A stretch of DNA of 64,000 nt from a methanogenic archaeon mixed culture ISO4-G1 (lineage in GTDB: Archaea; Thermoplasmatota; Thermoplasmata; Methanomassiliicoccales; Methanomethylophilaceae): NCBI GenBank assembly GCA_001563305.1, contig CP013703.1, positions 1,039,773 to 1,103,772 on the forward strand, written 5' to 3'. The notes beneath the pieces were generated by a model, which worked only from the letters and a program-made list of their open reading frames with translations, did no database searches and was not told where the DNA came from. Shown one piece after another: positions 9,772 through 18,990 of this stretch. Numbering within the stretch: position 1 is the stretch's first letter; every line of letters begins with the position of its first letter. The position numbers were made by a program, and so were the translations under genes.

Positions 9772-12651
9772 TCAGCAGGCGAAGTACCCGTGCGTCCTGA
9801 GCATGCGCTTCTTGACCATGTGGCTCCCGAAGAAGTACACGCAGGCGATGAAGGGCATCCAGATCATGGCGGTTCCGGCTATGGCGAGGAAGTCGGGCTG
9901 GAATACCTCCATCGGGAACTCCGATATGCCTGCCCAGAGCTCTCCGCTGAACGGCAGCAGGGTCCCGATGATCAATGCTACGATGGCGGACACCACGAGG
10001 GCCTTGCAAGACCAGGACTGGTAGAACGGCATCTTGTTGGTACGCACTATGTGGATCGCCCAGACCTGCATCCAGTACTGCTCTATGACCCAGATGGCCT
10101 GGAACAATGCCTCCACGTTCGTTCCGCCGAGCTCCGCGCGACCGAGTATGGCCGCACCGACGGTGTCGAATCCCGCACCGACATAGTTGCCGTATGCGTC
10201 CACCGCTAACTCCCCGGCATCGTCCAGGATCTGGAAGACCGTACCGCTTCCCGTGTCGATCAGCGGCATCGATCCGAATATCACGAAGATCATGAAGCAC
10301 CATGTCATGACATCGGTCAGCGGGCACATCGGACCGTAATGGAACATGACGTTCCTCAGGTTTATCGCATCCCATTTGCGCGGTTCCCTGACGAACTCGT
10401 CCTCCACCTTGTCCCACGGGATGATCAGGCACGCGAAGTCGTTGATGAGGTTGAAGATCAGGATCATCATCGCGCCCATGGGCGAGAAGTTGAACAGGAG
10501 CGTCGCCAGGATCAGCGAGAACATATAACCGAAGTTGATGGATCCGATCATCTTCACGTACTTGATCGAGTTGACGTAGACCTTCCTTCCCTCGATGGCA
10601 CCGTCCTTGAGGATGCCCAGATCCTTCTCCAGAAGGATCATGCTGGCAGTCTCCTTGGCTATGTCGGTACCGGTGTCGACGGATATGCTGACGTCGGCGT
10701 TCTTCATCGCCAGGACGTCGTTGATGCCGTCACCCATCAGCCCGACGCAGTGGCCGTTGTTGCGCAGCGCCATGACGATACGGGACTTGTTGTCCGGTGT
10801 GAGCCTGACGAACACGTTGTTGGCCTCCACGACCTTGGCGAGGACCTCGTCGGACATCTCGTCGATCTGTGGGCCGGTGATGATGAATGACTTCCCTTCC
10901 TCCGGCTCGAACTCCTCGATGGATCCGATGTCCCTGTCCAGGACATCGCATCTGATCCCGATCTGGTCGCACACGTAGTGGGAGACGTATTCGTTGTCCC
11001 CGGTGAGGACCTTGACCTTAATCCCGTAATCGTTCAGGTCCTGTATGGCCTTCTTTGCGGTCCTCTTGACAGGGTCGGTGAACACGACGAATCCCGCGAA
11101 TGTCTGTCCCGATTCGTCGGACGGGGTGTATTCGGATTTCGCATCGCTGAAATGCCTGTGGGTGACTCCCAGGACACGCATCCCCTTGTTGCTGTACCAC
11201 TCGACCAGGCCCAGGATCTTGCTGACCGTTGCATCGTCCAGCTCCTGAGCGTCCCCGTTCTCGTCGAGGTACTTGTCAGAAATTGCCAGAATCTCCGGGA
11301 CCGCCCCCTTGGTGACCATGATGCAGGGGTCGCTTCCCTTCCTGACCACGACGGTGGCCCTTCTCCTGATGAAATCGAACGGCACATCGCCGATCCACTG
11401 GTAGTCGTCCAGCTCCTCCATCAGGTACTCGTTCTCGGCATGCTCCTGGATGGCCCAGTCGATCTGGTTCGTTGCCGATGTGAGCTTCGTGCTGTTCAGG
11501 CACACCAGTCTCTCGACCAGGGCGTTAGGCGTCCCATAGATGTCGTTGCATGACTCTACGGAGATCCTGTTCTCGGTGAGCGTTCCTGTCTTGTCCGAAC
11601 AGAGGACGTCCATCGCACCGAAGTTCTGAATCGAGTTCACGTCCTTCACGATGACCTTGCGCTTGGACAGGTCTATTGAACCCTTGGCCAGGTTCGTGGA
11701 GACTATGGTCGCCAGCATCTCGGGCATGAGACCGATGGCGAGGACTATGGTGAATGTGACCGCGAACATGAAGCTGGTCATGGTGAGCCCCTCGGAGCTG
11801 AGCATGGCCTTGGCGATCATGATTATGAAGACCGGCGGGATGGTGTAGAGCATCAGCTTGAGCAGGACCTTGACGATGGCCTTGCTCCCCTTGTCGTAGG
11901 TGGTCTTGGTCTTCTTGGTGGATAATTTCTCGGCCATCGAACCGATGACCGTATCGTCACCGACGGCGATGACTATCGCCTCTGCGGAACCTTCCATGAC
12001 GCTCGTCCCCATGAATGCCATGTTGTTGCATTCGAGGATGCTCCCAGTGACACTGACGGGCTCCGTGAACTTTGTGGCCGCATCGGACTCCCCGGTCAGT
12101 GCGGACTGGTCCACCTTCAGGTGGTTGGATTTGATGATCCTGACGTCCGCCGGGATGACATCCCCGGTATCGAGGATTAGGATGTCCCCGACGACCAGAT
12201 CGCAGGAGTCCACCTCCGTCTCCACGTTCTCACGGCGGACCGTGATTATAGTGGTGACCATGTTGATCAGTTTGGACGCCGCCGCACTGCTGCGGGTCTC
12301 CTGGATGAACGTCATGGTACCGCTGACGAGGATCAGGGTGGTCAGGATGACGAAATAGACGAGATCCGGTTCCTCTCCGACCTCGTAACCGAGCCCCGGG
12401 ATCAGCCATATGATGTCGATGATCGTCAGGGCTATGATGAAAACGTTCACGAACGCATGGTAGAGCCTCCTGAGGACCGCATGCGTGTTGTGGTTCGAAA
12501 CGATATTCTCGCCGTACTTGATGCGTGAGGTCGTCAGTTCCTCGTTGTAATGACCCTCTATCCTGCTGTCGTACTTCTCGATGATCTCGGCGACATCCGA
12601 TGACGCCGCTTCCTTCATCCTTTGTTCCGGAGAAAATGTATCCGTTGCCAC
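9772..12651 (-). CDS. mgtA: Mg2+-importing P-type ATPase (MgtA-like, PIII)
   Basis: 959 aa with CSDKTGTLT, TGD, GDGINDV and the MgtA-specific KVIVKD.NSIQNFGAMDVLC and EGRKVYVNSIKYVKM..SINFGYMFS blocks. Confidence 0.8.
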   Translation of the reverse strand: MATDTFSPEQRMKEAASSDVAEIIEKYDSRIEGHYNEELTTSRIKYGENIVSNHNTHAVLRRLYHAFVNVFIIALTIIDIIWLIPGLGYEVGEEPDLVYFVILTTLILVSGTMTFIQETRSSAAASKLINMVTTIITVRRENVETEVDSCDLVVGDILILDTGDVIPADVRIIKSNHLKVDQSALTGESDAATKFTEPVSVTGSILECNNMAFMGTSVMEGSAEAIVIAVGDDTVIGSMAEKLSTKKTKTTYDKGSKAIVKVLLKLMLYTIPPVFIIMIAKAMLSSEGLTMTSFMFAVTFTIVLAIGLMPEMLATIVSTNLAKGSIDLSKRKVIVKDVNSIQNFGAMDVLCSDKTGTLTENRISVESCNDIYGTPNALVERLVCLNSTKLTSATNQIDWAIQEHAENEYLMEELDDYQWIGDVPFDFIRRRATVVVRKGSDPCIMVTKGAVPEILAISDKYLDENGDAQELDDATVSKILGLVEWYSNKGMRVLGVTHRHFSDAKSEYTPSDESGQTFAGFVVFTDPVKRTAKKAIQDLNDYGIKVKVLTGDNEYVSHYVCDQIGIRCDVLDRDIGSIEEFEPEEGKSFIITGPQIDEMSDEVLAKVVEANNVFVRLTPDNKSRIVMALRNNGHCVGLMGDGINDVLAMKNADVSISVDTGTDIAKETASMILLEKDLGILKDGAIEGRKVYVNSIKYVKMIGSINFGYMFSLILATLLFNFSPMGAMMILIFNLINDFACLIIPWDKVEDEFVREPRKWDAINLRNVMFHYGPMCPLTDVMTWCFMIFVIFGSMPLIDTGSGTVFQILDDAGELAVDAYGNYVGAGFDTVGAAILGRAELGGTNVEALFQAIWVIEQYWMQVWAIHIVRTNKMPFYQSWSCKALVVSAIVALIIGTLLPFSGELWAGISEFPMEVFQPDFLAIAGTAMIWMPFIACVYFFGSHMVKKRMLRTHGYFAC

Positions 12652-12766
12652 GGAACAAATTGTATCCGTTTCTAATCTTAAAACTGTCCCTCGCCGTTTT
12701 CCCGCTTTTGTCCCTGTAGGGACAGCCCGGTCTCTGACGGCACATTATCAGTACCGTAGGAACAGT

Positions 12767-14356
12767 TCAATTTTCTAGACCATCTGAATCGTGGGCCTGC
12801 ATCTCGTACATCTCGATGATCTCGCCGACCGTCGTGCACTGCTCTGGGGACTTGTCGTCCCTGACGCGCCCCGTGAACCTCGGGAACCTAATGCCCAATC
12901 CCGAATCATCCTTGAGGACGCCCCTTGCGGCGGTGTGGATCGGACTGAGGGTGATCTCCGCCGCAACCACCTCCAATACGGTCGTGGGGTCGAACCAGAC
13001 GTCAGGGATCATCTCCGCATCCACGGATCTGGGCCTCTCCTGGGACAGCCCGGAGTTTAGAAGTTCCGGCATGGAATCCAGGAACGCGTCGTCGAATCCC
13101 GTGCCGAGCTTGCAGACCGTCTCGAACCTTCCCGTGTCCTCGTTGAACGCCGCCATCAGAAGGGCGCCGTACTTTCCGGCCCTCTTGCCCATTCCGTAGA
13201 ATGCACCGACGACCGCCAGGTCGAAGGAGTCCGTGAGCGCCTGCTGGTAATCCTTCTTGTATTTGATCCACAGGAATCCCCTGGACCCTGCCCTGTAGAT
13301 GGATTCAGGTGCGATGGACTTTGCCATTATGCCCTCGCATCTGGCCGCGACGGCGTTGTTGAAGAAGTCCTCTCCCTCCTCGGGGCCGTTGACGATCCTC
13401 ATGGTGGTCATCTGGACCTTGTCCCCGATGTCGAAGGACGATTCCAGCTCGGACCTGCGCTCCAGATAGGGGATGTTGGTCATGTCCTGACCGTCGCGGA
13501 ACAGGATGTCGAACATGAAGATCCTGACGCTGACCTCCTTGACGGCCTCCTCCATCCCGTGCTTCTTCCTGCGGTGGGTGACGGCCTGGAACGGGAGCAT
13601 GAATCCGGTCTCCGGATCGACCGCGACGCATTCACCTTCGATAATCGCCTCGCCGTACTTGCATCTGGCCCTTAGGGCCTCTGCGATGTCCGGGAAATTG
13701 GTGGTCAGGTCCTCGAGCCTGCGGGAGTACAGCTTGACCGAGTTCCTCCCGATGTGGGCCTGCACCCTTATCCCGTCGTACTTGTACTCTATGGCGCACT
13801 TGCCGCCCATCCTGGCGACGACCTCGGATACCGACGGCAGACGCTCCGCGAGCATGACCTTGATCGGGTTCCCGATCTGGACCTTGATGTCCCTGATGGC
13901 ATCCATGCCGCCCTCGGCGATGGTCTCCGCGACCAGTCCGATGTCGCATGTGATGTTGAACGCCCTCTCGATAGCTGGCCTGTCCTCTTTGGTTGCGAAG
14001 GCTTCGGCCAGAGCGTCCAGGATGGTCATGTCCCCTGCGCCGACCCTCATCCTCCCGGTGACGATCCTGCACAGATAGCGGGCCTCGATGGGTCCCGAAT
14101 CGTGGAGCATGTTGGCCAGGAGCTTCATCTTCTTCTCCTGGGAATCCTTGCCCTCGGCATCCTGGATGGCTGTGAGGCCCTTGTAGACCCTGTCCACAGT
14201 GAGCTCCTCCGCGAACAATGTCATCTGCTTCTTCTTGGAGATGAGCTTCTCTGCAACCTCCCCGGGATCTCCCGTCTTAATCCAGAGCTCCTCGGCCTGC
14301 GAATCCGGCGTACCGGATGTGAACGATATGGCCTTCAGGACCAGCTTGTCCGCCAT
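12767..14356 (-). CDS. lig: ATP-dependent DNA ligase
   Basis: 529 aa with motif I KYDGIRVQ and adenylation plus OB-fold organisation. Confidence 0.9.
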   Translation of the reverse strand: MADKLVLKAISFTSGTPDSQAEELWIKTGDPGEVAEKLISKKKQMTLFAEELTVDRVYKGLTAIQDAEGKDSQEKKMKLLANMLHDSGPIEARYLCRIVTGRMRVGAGDMTILDALAEAFATKEDRPAIERAFNITCDIGLVAETIAEGGMDAIRDIKVQIGNPIKVMLAERLPSVSEVVARMGGKCAIEYKYDGIRVQAHIGRNSVKLYSRRLEDLTTNFPDIAEALRARCKYGEAIIEGECVAVDPETGFMLPFQAVTHRRKKHGMEEAVKEVSVRIFMFDILFRDGQDMTNIPYLERRSELESSFDIGDKVQMTTMRIVNGPEEGEDFFNNAVAARCEGIMAKSIAPESIYRAGSRGFLWIKYKKDYQQALTDSFDLAVVGAFYGMGKRAGKYGALLMAAFNEDTGRFETVCKLGTGFDDAFLDSMPELLNSGLSQERPRSVDAEMIPDVWFDPTTVLEVVAAEITLSPIHTAARGVLKDDSGLGIRFPRFTGRVRDDKSPEQCTTVGEIIEMYEMQAHDSDGLEN

Positions 14357-14570
14357 ACCGAGTTCCTTGGCGACGAAGTCGGGATGGAGCTTGCCCTATG
14401 AAAGGTAGATGATGTTCCTGAGCTCCTTCTTGTCCACGCCCCTGATGAAGTCCGCAAGGATGCTGGTCATCTCGAGACGGCTGCCTGTGGCCTCCAGCCT
14501 GTCGAACGTGTCCGCGAGCTCGGAATACAACATGCCCTCCCGATTGCTCGACGGCCTATTATTACTATCG

Positions 14571-16124
14571 TCAGTAGAAATCCAAATTGGACTGGGAGGT
14601 GTCCGAGATGATCGGATGGCCTGTGCTCAGCTCCATGTTCAGCCTCATCAGGCTGGCGCGCATGGTCTCCTCCTTCCTCCTGCTGGTGCTCTCCGCCGCC
14701 TCGTCCATGGTGCCGGTGGCGATCAGCACGTACACGTCCCCGTCGTTCTTCCTGCCCGTACGGCCCTTCCTCTGGATCGTCCTTATCTCCGACGGGACCG
14801 GCTCGTAGAATATGACGGCGTTGGTGCTGGAGATGTCCAGCCCCTCCTCTCCGACGGATGTGGCGACGATGACGTTGAGCTCACCGCTGCGAAGCCTGTC
14901 CAGGATCTCGATCTGCTCCTTCTGCTTGAGCCCCTTCCCGGACTGTCCGACCAGCTTCCCTACCTTCGCGCCGTTGATCGCCGAGAGCTTCCCGACGATC
15001 ATGTCGCAGGTGTCGCGGTACTGGGTGAACACCATGACCTTCGAATCCGGATCGTCGATGAGCGTCTTGCTGACGATCGACATGATCTTGGAGACCTTCG
15101 GATGCTCCACGTTGGTGTAGTCCACGATGCTCCGCATCTGGACGTACTCCTTGCGGCTGACGATGTCCTTGGCGCTCCTGCCCTTCTTCTCCTGGGCTGC
15201 CTCGTCCTCTATCTTCTTCAGATACAGTTTGAGAGGGGTCACACCCTGTGTCTCGGCGAGCATGATCGCATGGTACACCTTCATGCACATCGCCGTGAGT
15301 GCCAGACCCCTGTAGATCAGTGCGGTCTCCTCCCCTCCCTGCAGCCTCATCTGGAGCATCCTCTGTATGTCCAGAAAGTGGGTCCTCGAAGGGGGGCGGT
15401 TGGGATTCATGAGCCTCAGAGCGATCAGCTCCCCGACATAGTGGTTCATCTGCCTCTTCAGCAGATCGATGATGTCCAACAGGTCCTCCGGCAGGTTCAG
15501 CCTGAGGTTTATCACATAGGTGTCGTGAACATAAGGTGCAACGTCCCTGTCGTCCTCTGACCTGGTGTCGATGCGCTTCAGGCCGAGGTTTACACAGACC
15601 TCTTTGATATGGTTGATGTTGTAACCAGGGGAGGCGGTCATGCCGACGCGGCGGATTCCCTTGTTACAGTATTCTGAGACCTTGACGTACGCGTAGTCCC
15701 CCGTGCCCCTGTGCGCCTCATCGAATATCACCAGGGAGAAGGCATCCATGCTGTATCTTCCCTCCTCGAGGTCGTTGGCCACCGTCTGGGGCGTCGCGAT
15801 GATGACATCGTTGTCCCTCACCATGCCGACCCTCTTCTCCGGGGCAACCGTACCGCTGATGACGCATACGCTGTGGCCAACCATCAGGTTCGTGAATGTG
15901 TCGAGATGCTGGTCCAGCAGGGGCTTCGTCGGTGCCATGATCAGCACCTTTCCCTTGTCCACGAACTCCGCCGCCACACGGAGTGCGATGATCGTCTTAC
16001 CAAGACCCGTGGGCAGGATGAGCAGGGTGTTGAAGGCAATGCAGCCGGCGGCCATGCTGGTCTGATAGCTGCGCTCCTCGACCCTGTCGGGCACGATGAA
16101 TGGGTGGACGACGTGACTCATCAC
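14571..16124 (-). CDS. hef: Hef/FANCM-like SF2 helicase (helicase-only, no ERCC4 nuclease domain)
   Basis: Motifs PTGLGKT, DEAH (VIFDEAHRGTGDYAY), TASPG and QRKGRTGR. 517 aa, ending before a nuclease domain. Confidence 0.75.
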   Translation of the reverse strand: MMSHVVHPFIVPDRVEERSYQTSMAAGCIAFNTLLILPTGLGKTIIALRVAAEFVDKGKVLIMAPTKPLLDQHLDTFTNLMVGHSVCVISGTVAPEKRVGMVRDNDVIIATPQTVANDLEEGRYSMDAFSLVIFDEAHRGTGDYAYVKVSEYCNKGIRRVGMTASPGYNINHIKEVCVNLGLKRIDTRSEDDRDVAPYVHDTYVINLRLNLPEDLLDIIDLLKRQMNHYVGELIALRLMNPNRPPSRTHFLDIQRMLQMRLQGGEETALIYRGLALTAMCMKVYHAIMLAETQGVTPLKLYLKKIEDEAAQEKKGRSAKDIVSRKEYVQMRSIVDYTNVEHPKVSKIMSIVSKTLIDDPDSKVMVFTQYRDTCDMIVGKLSAINGAKVGKLVGQSGKGLKQKEQIEILDRLRSGELNVIVATSVGEEGLDISSTNAVIFYEPVPSEIRTIQRKGRTGRKNDGDVYVLIATGTMDEAAESTSRRKEETMRASLMRLNMELSTGHPIISDTSQSNLDFY

Positions 16125-16190
16125 AGGGGCAACGTCATCAAGACATTTAATGTTTAGAAAAGAAGGATGGGCCTTGCGGCCCTGAAACGT

Positions 16191-16517
16191 TTAGTGGCAT
16201 CCTCCGCCGCAGGAGGCGCAGCCGTTGAAGTTGGGATTGCGGATCGTGAGTCCGGTTCCGAAGTTGGGGTCGTCGATGAACTCGATGACACACTCGTCCA
16301 GTTCCTTCTTGGTGTCCTGGTCGTAGAACATCTTGAATCCCTTTGCGGTAGCATCGACGATCTCGCCCTCTGCCTCCTTCTCCTGGAAGGACATGCCGAA
16401 CTGGGGGCCGGAGCATGCGAAGCCCGCAACGTAGATCTTGATTCCGTAGCCAGTCTTCTGGTTCTTCTCGAGCAGATCGGTGATGAACTTCTCTGCTTCA
16501 GGTGTAATCGCTACCAT
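16191..16517 (-). CDS. HesB/IscA-family Fe-S cluster insertion protein
   Basis: 108 aa with a CSG..FG.SF core and a C-terminal CASCGGGC cysteine cluster. Confidence 0.7.
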   Translation of the reverse strand: MVAITPEAEKFITDLLEKNQKTGYGIKIYVAGFACSGPQFGMSFQEKEAEGEIVDATAKGFKMFYDQDTKKELDECVIEFIDDPNFGTGLTIRNPNFNGCASCGGGCH

Positions 16518-16588
16518 TGTTATCAGGACTCACAAACAGGGACGAGGATATAAAACAATCCTATCGGAGTTTCGGAATATCCACGCAT

Positions 16589-16975
16589 TCACTTGTACTC
16601 AATGCCGAACGCGTCAGCATACGCCCTAAGCGCGTAGGACTGGGAGCGGGTCATCGACATGTACGATCCGATCATGATGCTCTCCAGGACCTCATCCTTG
16701 GTGGCTCCCGCCTCCTTGGCGTGCTTGATCTGGACCTTGAGACAGTACTCCCCTCCGACCGCTGCCGCGGCGGAGACTGCGCACAGGAACCTCTCCTTCC
16801 TCGGTATGGCGCCGTCCTTCCTGTCCAGCACGGCCTGGCTGAATTCTGCCGACGGGACGAACATGTCCGGTCTCTCGCTTAGGACCTGGTTGACGACTGG
16901 AACGAATCCGTACGCCTCCTCAATCGCTTTGATTATCCTGTCCGTGGCCTCGCGTAGCTCGGGATCTTCCTGCAT
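16589..16975 (-). CDS. carboxymuconolactone decarboxylase / AhpD-like family protein
   Basis: 128 aa with AhpD-like helical fold signatures. Confidence 0.6.
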   Translation of the reverse strand: MQEDPELREATDRIIKAIEEAYGFVPVVNQVLSERPDMFVPSAEFSQAVLDRKDGAIPRKERFLCAVSAAAAVGGEYCLKVQIKHAKEAGATKDEVLESIMIGSYMSMTRSQSYALRAYADAFGIEYK

Positions 16976-17018
16976 ACGGAACGAAGGGGGGAATGGCGAT
17001 TAAAACCCTGTCATCGAG

Positions 17019-17801
17019 TTGCATATGACATGCAGCGTTCATCTTTATAATCCGTACAAGCACGGTCACATCAATGCGTCAAAGACGCAGGAAAACGAAA
17101 TGAGCGAATGCGACATACAAGAGATATTCTCATCCGTCGGGAAGGACTACGGTTTCCGCTCGGTCACCGCAGCCTTCTCCCCTGAGAACGACCTGAAGGT
17201 CTGCTGGATGCGCACCGGACCGACCATAGACTTCTGGGTCAGCGACTATCTGGAATCCGCCCCGGAGGACATCCTGGAATCCGTGGCCGAGGCCATATAC
17301 CGCAAGATACGCGGGAGCGGGGACGACTCCTACCCGGAAAGGGTGGTGGAGTTCCTGACGTCCCGGGACTTCGCCGAGGAGAACAGGGGATCATACCTTC
17401 AGAGGAAGGGCGGGGTCTCCACCGACAGGATCGGCCGCCATCAGGACCTGGATGCCAGCTACAGAAGGCTGGTGAGAAGGGGATTGGTGGAGCGCGAGGA
17501 CGACCTGGTGATAGGCTGGGTGCCACTCGGCATCAAGAAGGATGTGGGGAACAGCAGCGTTCTGATGAGGACCGCGCTGCTCAACCGCAGGCTGGACAAC
17601 CCGTTCATGGACGACGATCTGATCGACTACTGCCTGTTCACGCAGATAACCTTCGTCCAGATGGGGTTCTACCAGGACTCCAGGGAACGCAGGGAGAGAC
17701 TGGAGGAACTCATCGGGAGCTATCCCCATCACGAGAGGTACGAATCCGCGCTGAGGGACATGGGTCTCGGGAACGGGGAAGAATTGTCCCCCGAATGCTA
17801 A
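17019..17801 (+). CDS. hypothetical protein (start possibly internal Met at 17100)
   Basis: 260-aa ORF. No family recognised. Confidence 0.4.
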   Translation: MHMTCSVHLYNPYKHGHINASKTQENEMSECDIQEIFSSVGKDYGFRSVTAAFSPENDLKVCWMRTGPTIDFWVSDYLESAPEDILESVAEAIYRKIRGSGDDSYPERVVEFLTSRDFAEENRGSYLQRKGGVSTDRIGRHQDLDASYRRLVRRGLVEREDDLVIGWVPLGIKKDVGNSSVLMRTALLNRRLDNPFMDDDLIDYCLFTQITFVQMGFYQDSRERRERLEELIGSYPHHERYESALRDMGLGNGEELSPEC

Positions 17802-18059
17802 CACACTCTTTCATGGTGACGGCGATGACGCCGATCTCGGAGCACTGACTTACACCGGGGGTATGTGTCGGACCCCACGTTGACCCCCGGTCATCGCCGT
17901 GACGACACGTCACACGCTCCCGCGGGAGCCCAACTGAGTTGGGATGAGGCCTCTGTATGCCGTCCCGTGCACATGGCGTTCATCGATCGCGCCCCTTCGC
18001 CGGTACGACATCACTGGTAAGTGGGGTCTGTATTTAAAGTCCTTCGACCATTATCATCC

Positions 18060-18782
18060 ATGGCCCACCTGGATATCGACCTGGACAAATGCATCGGCTG
18101 CGGGAAATGCACCCGTGTCTGCATGAAAGGCAACATCGTGGTGGAGAACAAGAAGGCGAAGGAGACCGGCAAGGGCTGCTTGGAATGCTCCCACTGCGTC
18201 TCCACGTGCCCCAAGGGCGCCATCACCCTCATCCAGTCCGAGGAGAGCAGCGGTCCCTTCTCCAACCTGAAGAAGGAGAAGATCTTCGACGGCGGGCTCA
18301 TCACCGACGCGGACCTGGACAAGCTCTTCTACGCCATGGACCACGGCAAGGGGAGATGCGAGTTCTTCGTCCTGGAGGGAAGCAAGCTGGACGCGTTCAT
18401 GGAGACGGTCTGGAACATCGTGAAGGACAGCGAGAGGGAGAAGCCCCTGATCAAGGAATGGTCGGAATGGAGGGAGAACCATGACATGCTCCAGCCCAAT
18501 CCGGTCCTGTGGGAGGGGAAGCAGGTACTGTTCATATTCGCCGACAGCGACGACAGGGCCGTCATCGCCTCGAACAGGATGATCGTGAAGGGCCTGGACC
18601 TGGGGATCCGCGGATTCCATTCCAACCTCATCATGCTGGCCTACGTCATGGACAGGCAGAGGATCAGGGCGCACTTCCCGGCGGCAACGAAGGAACTCCG
18701 TATGTGCTACGTGATAGGGCACGGCCGCAGGATGGTGGAACCCATACTCAAGCCGATAATGAATCTGTTCACTGGACACTGA
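18060..18782 (+). CDS. 2x[4Fe-4S] ferredoxin domain fused to a nitroreductase-like domain
   Basis: Two CxxCxxCxxxCP motifs at the N-terminus. The C-terminal part is nitroreductase-fold-like. Start taken at MAHLD inside ORF 18021..18782. Confidence 0.5.
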   Translation: MAHLDIDLDKCIGCGKCTRVCMKGNIVVENKKAKETGKGCLECSHCVSTCPKGAITLIQSEESSGPFSNLKKEKIFDGGLITDADLDKLFYAMDHGKGRCEFFVLEGSKLDAFMETVWNIVKDSEREKPLIKEWSEWRENHDMLQPNPVLWEGKQVLFIFADSDDRAVIASNRMIVKGLDLGIRGFHSNLIMLAYVMDRQRIRAHFPAATKELRMCYVIGHGRRMVEPILKPIMNLFTGH

Positions 18783-18990
18783 TATCGACGATTTTCGATT
18801 ACGTCTATTGTCGAATATTGGATGATAAAACTGCCAAAAAGCTCATTTTTGTTAGACATCTGACGAATTCTACTGATTTCATACAATTTTCTTATCTTTT
18901 TTACGATATCCGTAGATGTTCATACGTAAAATGAAGAATCCGCAACATCAACTCCCATAGTATTATATTAAGGATTAAAGATGGACATGC

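Noticed and set aside
9790-12358. Several 120-190-aa plus-strand ORFs inside the mgtA region
   Set aside because: All antisense to a clearly conserved P-type ATPase.
18783-18990. AT-rich roughly 200-bp spacer upstream of acd as a possible ncRNA
   Set aside because: It has ordinary promoter-like A/T boxes and no convincing stem-loops or conserved structure. It is most simply the acd promoter and 5' region.
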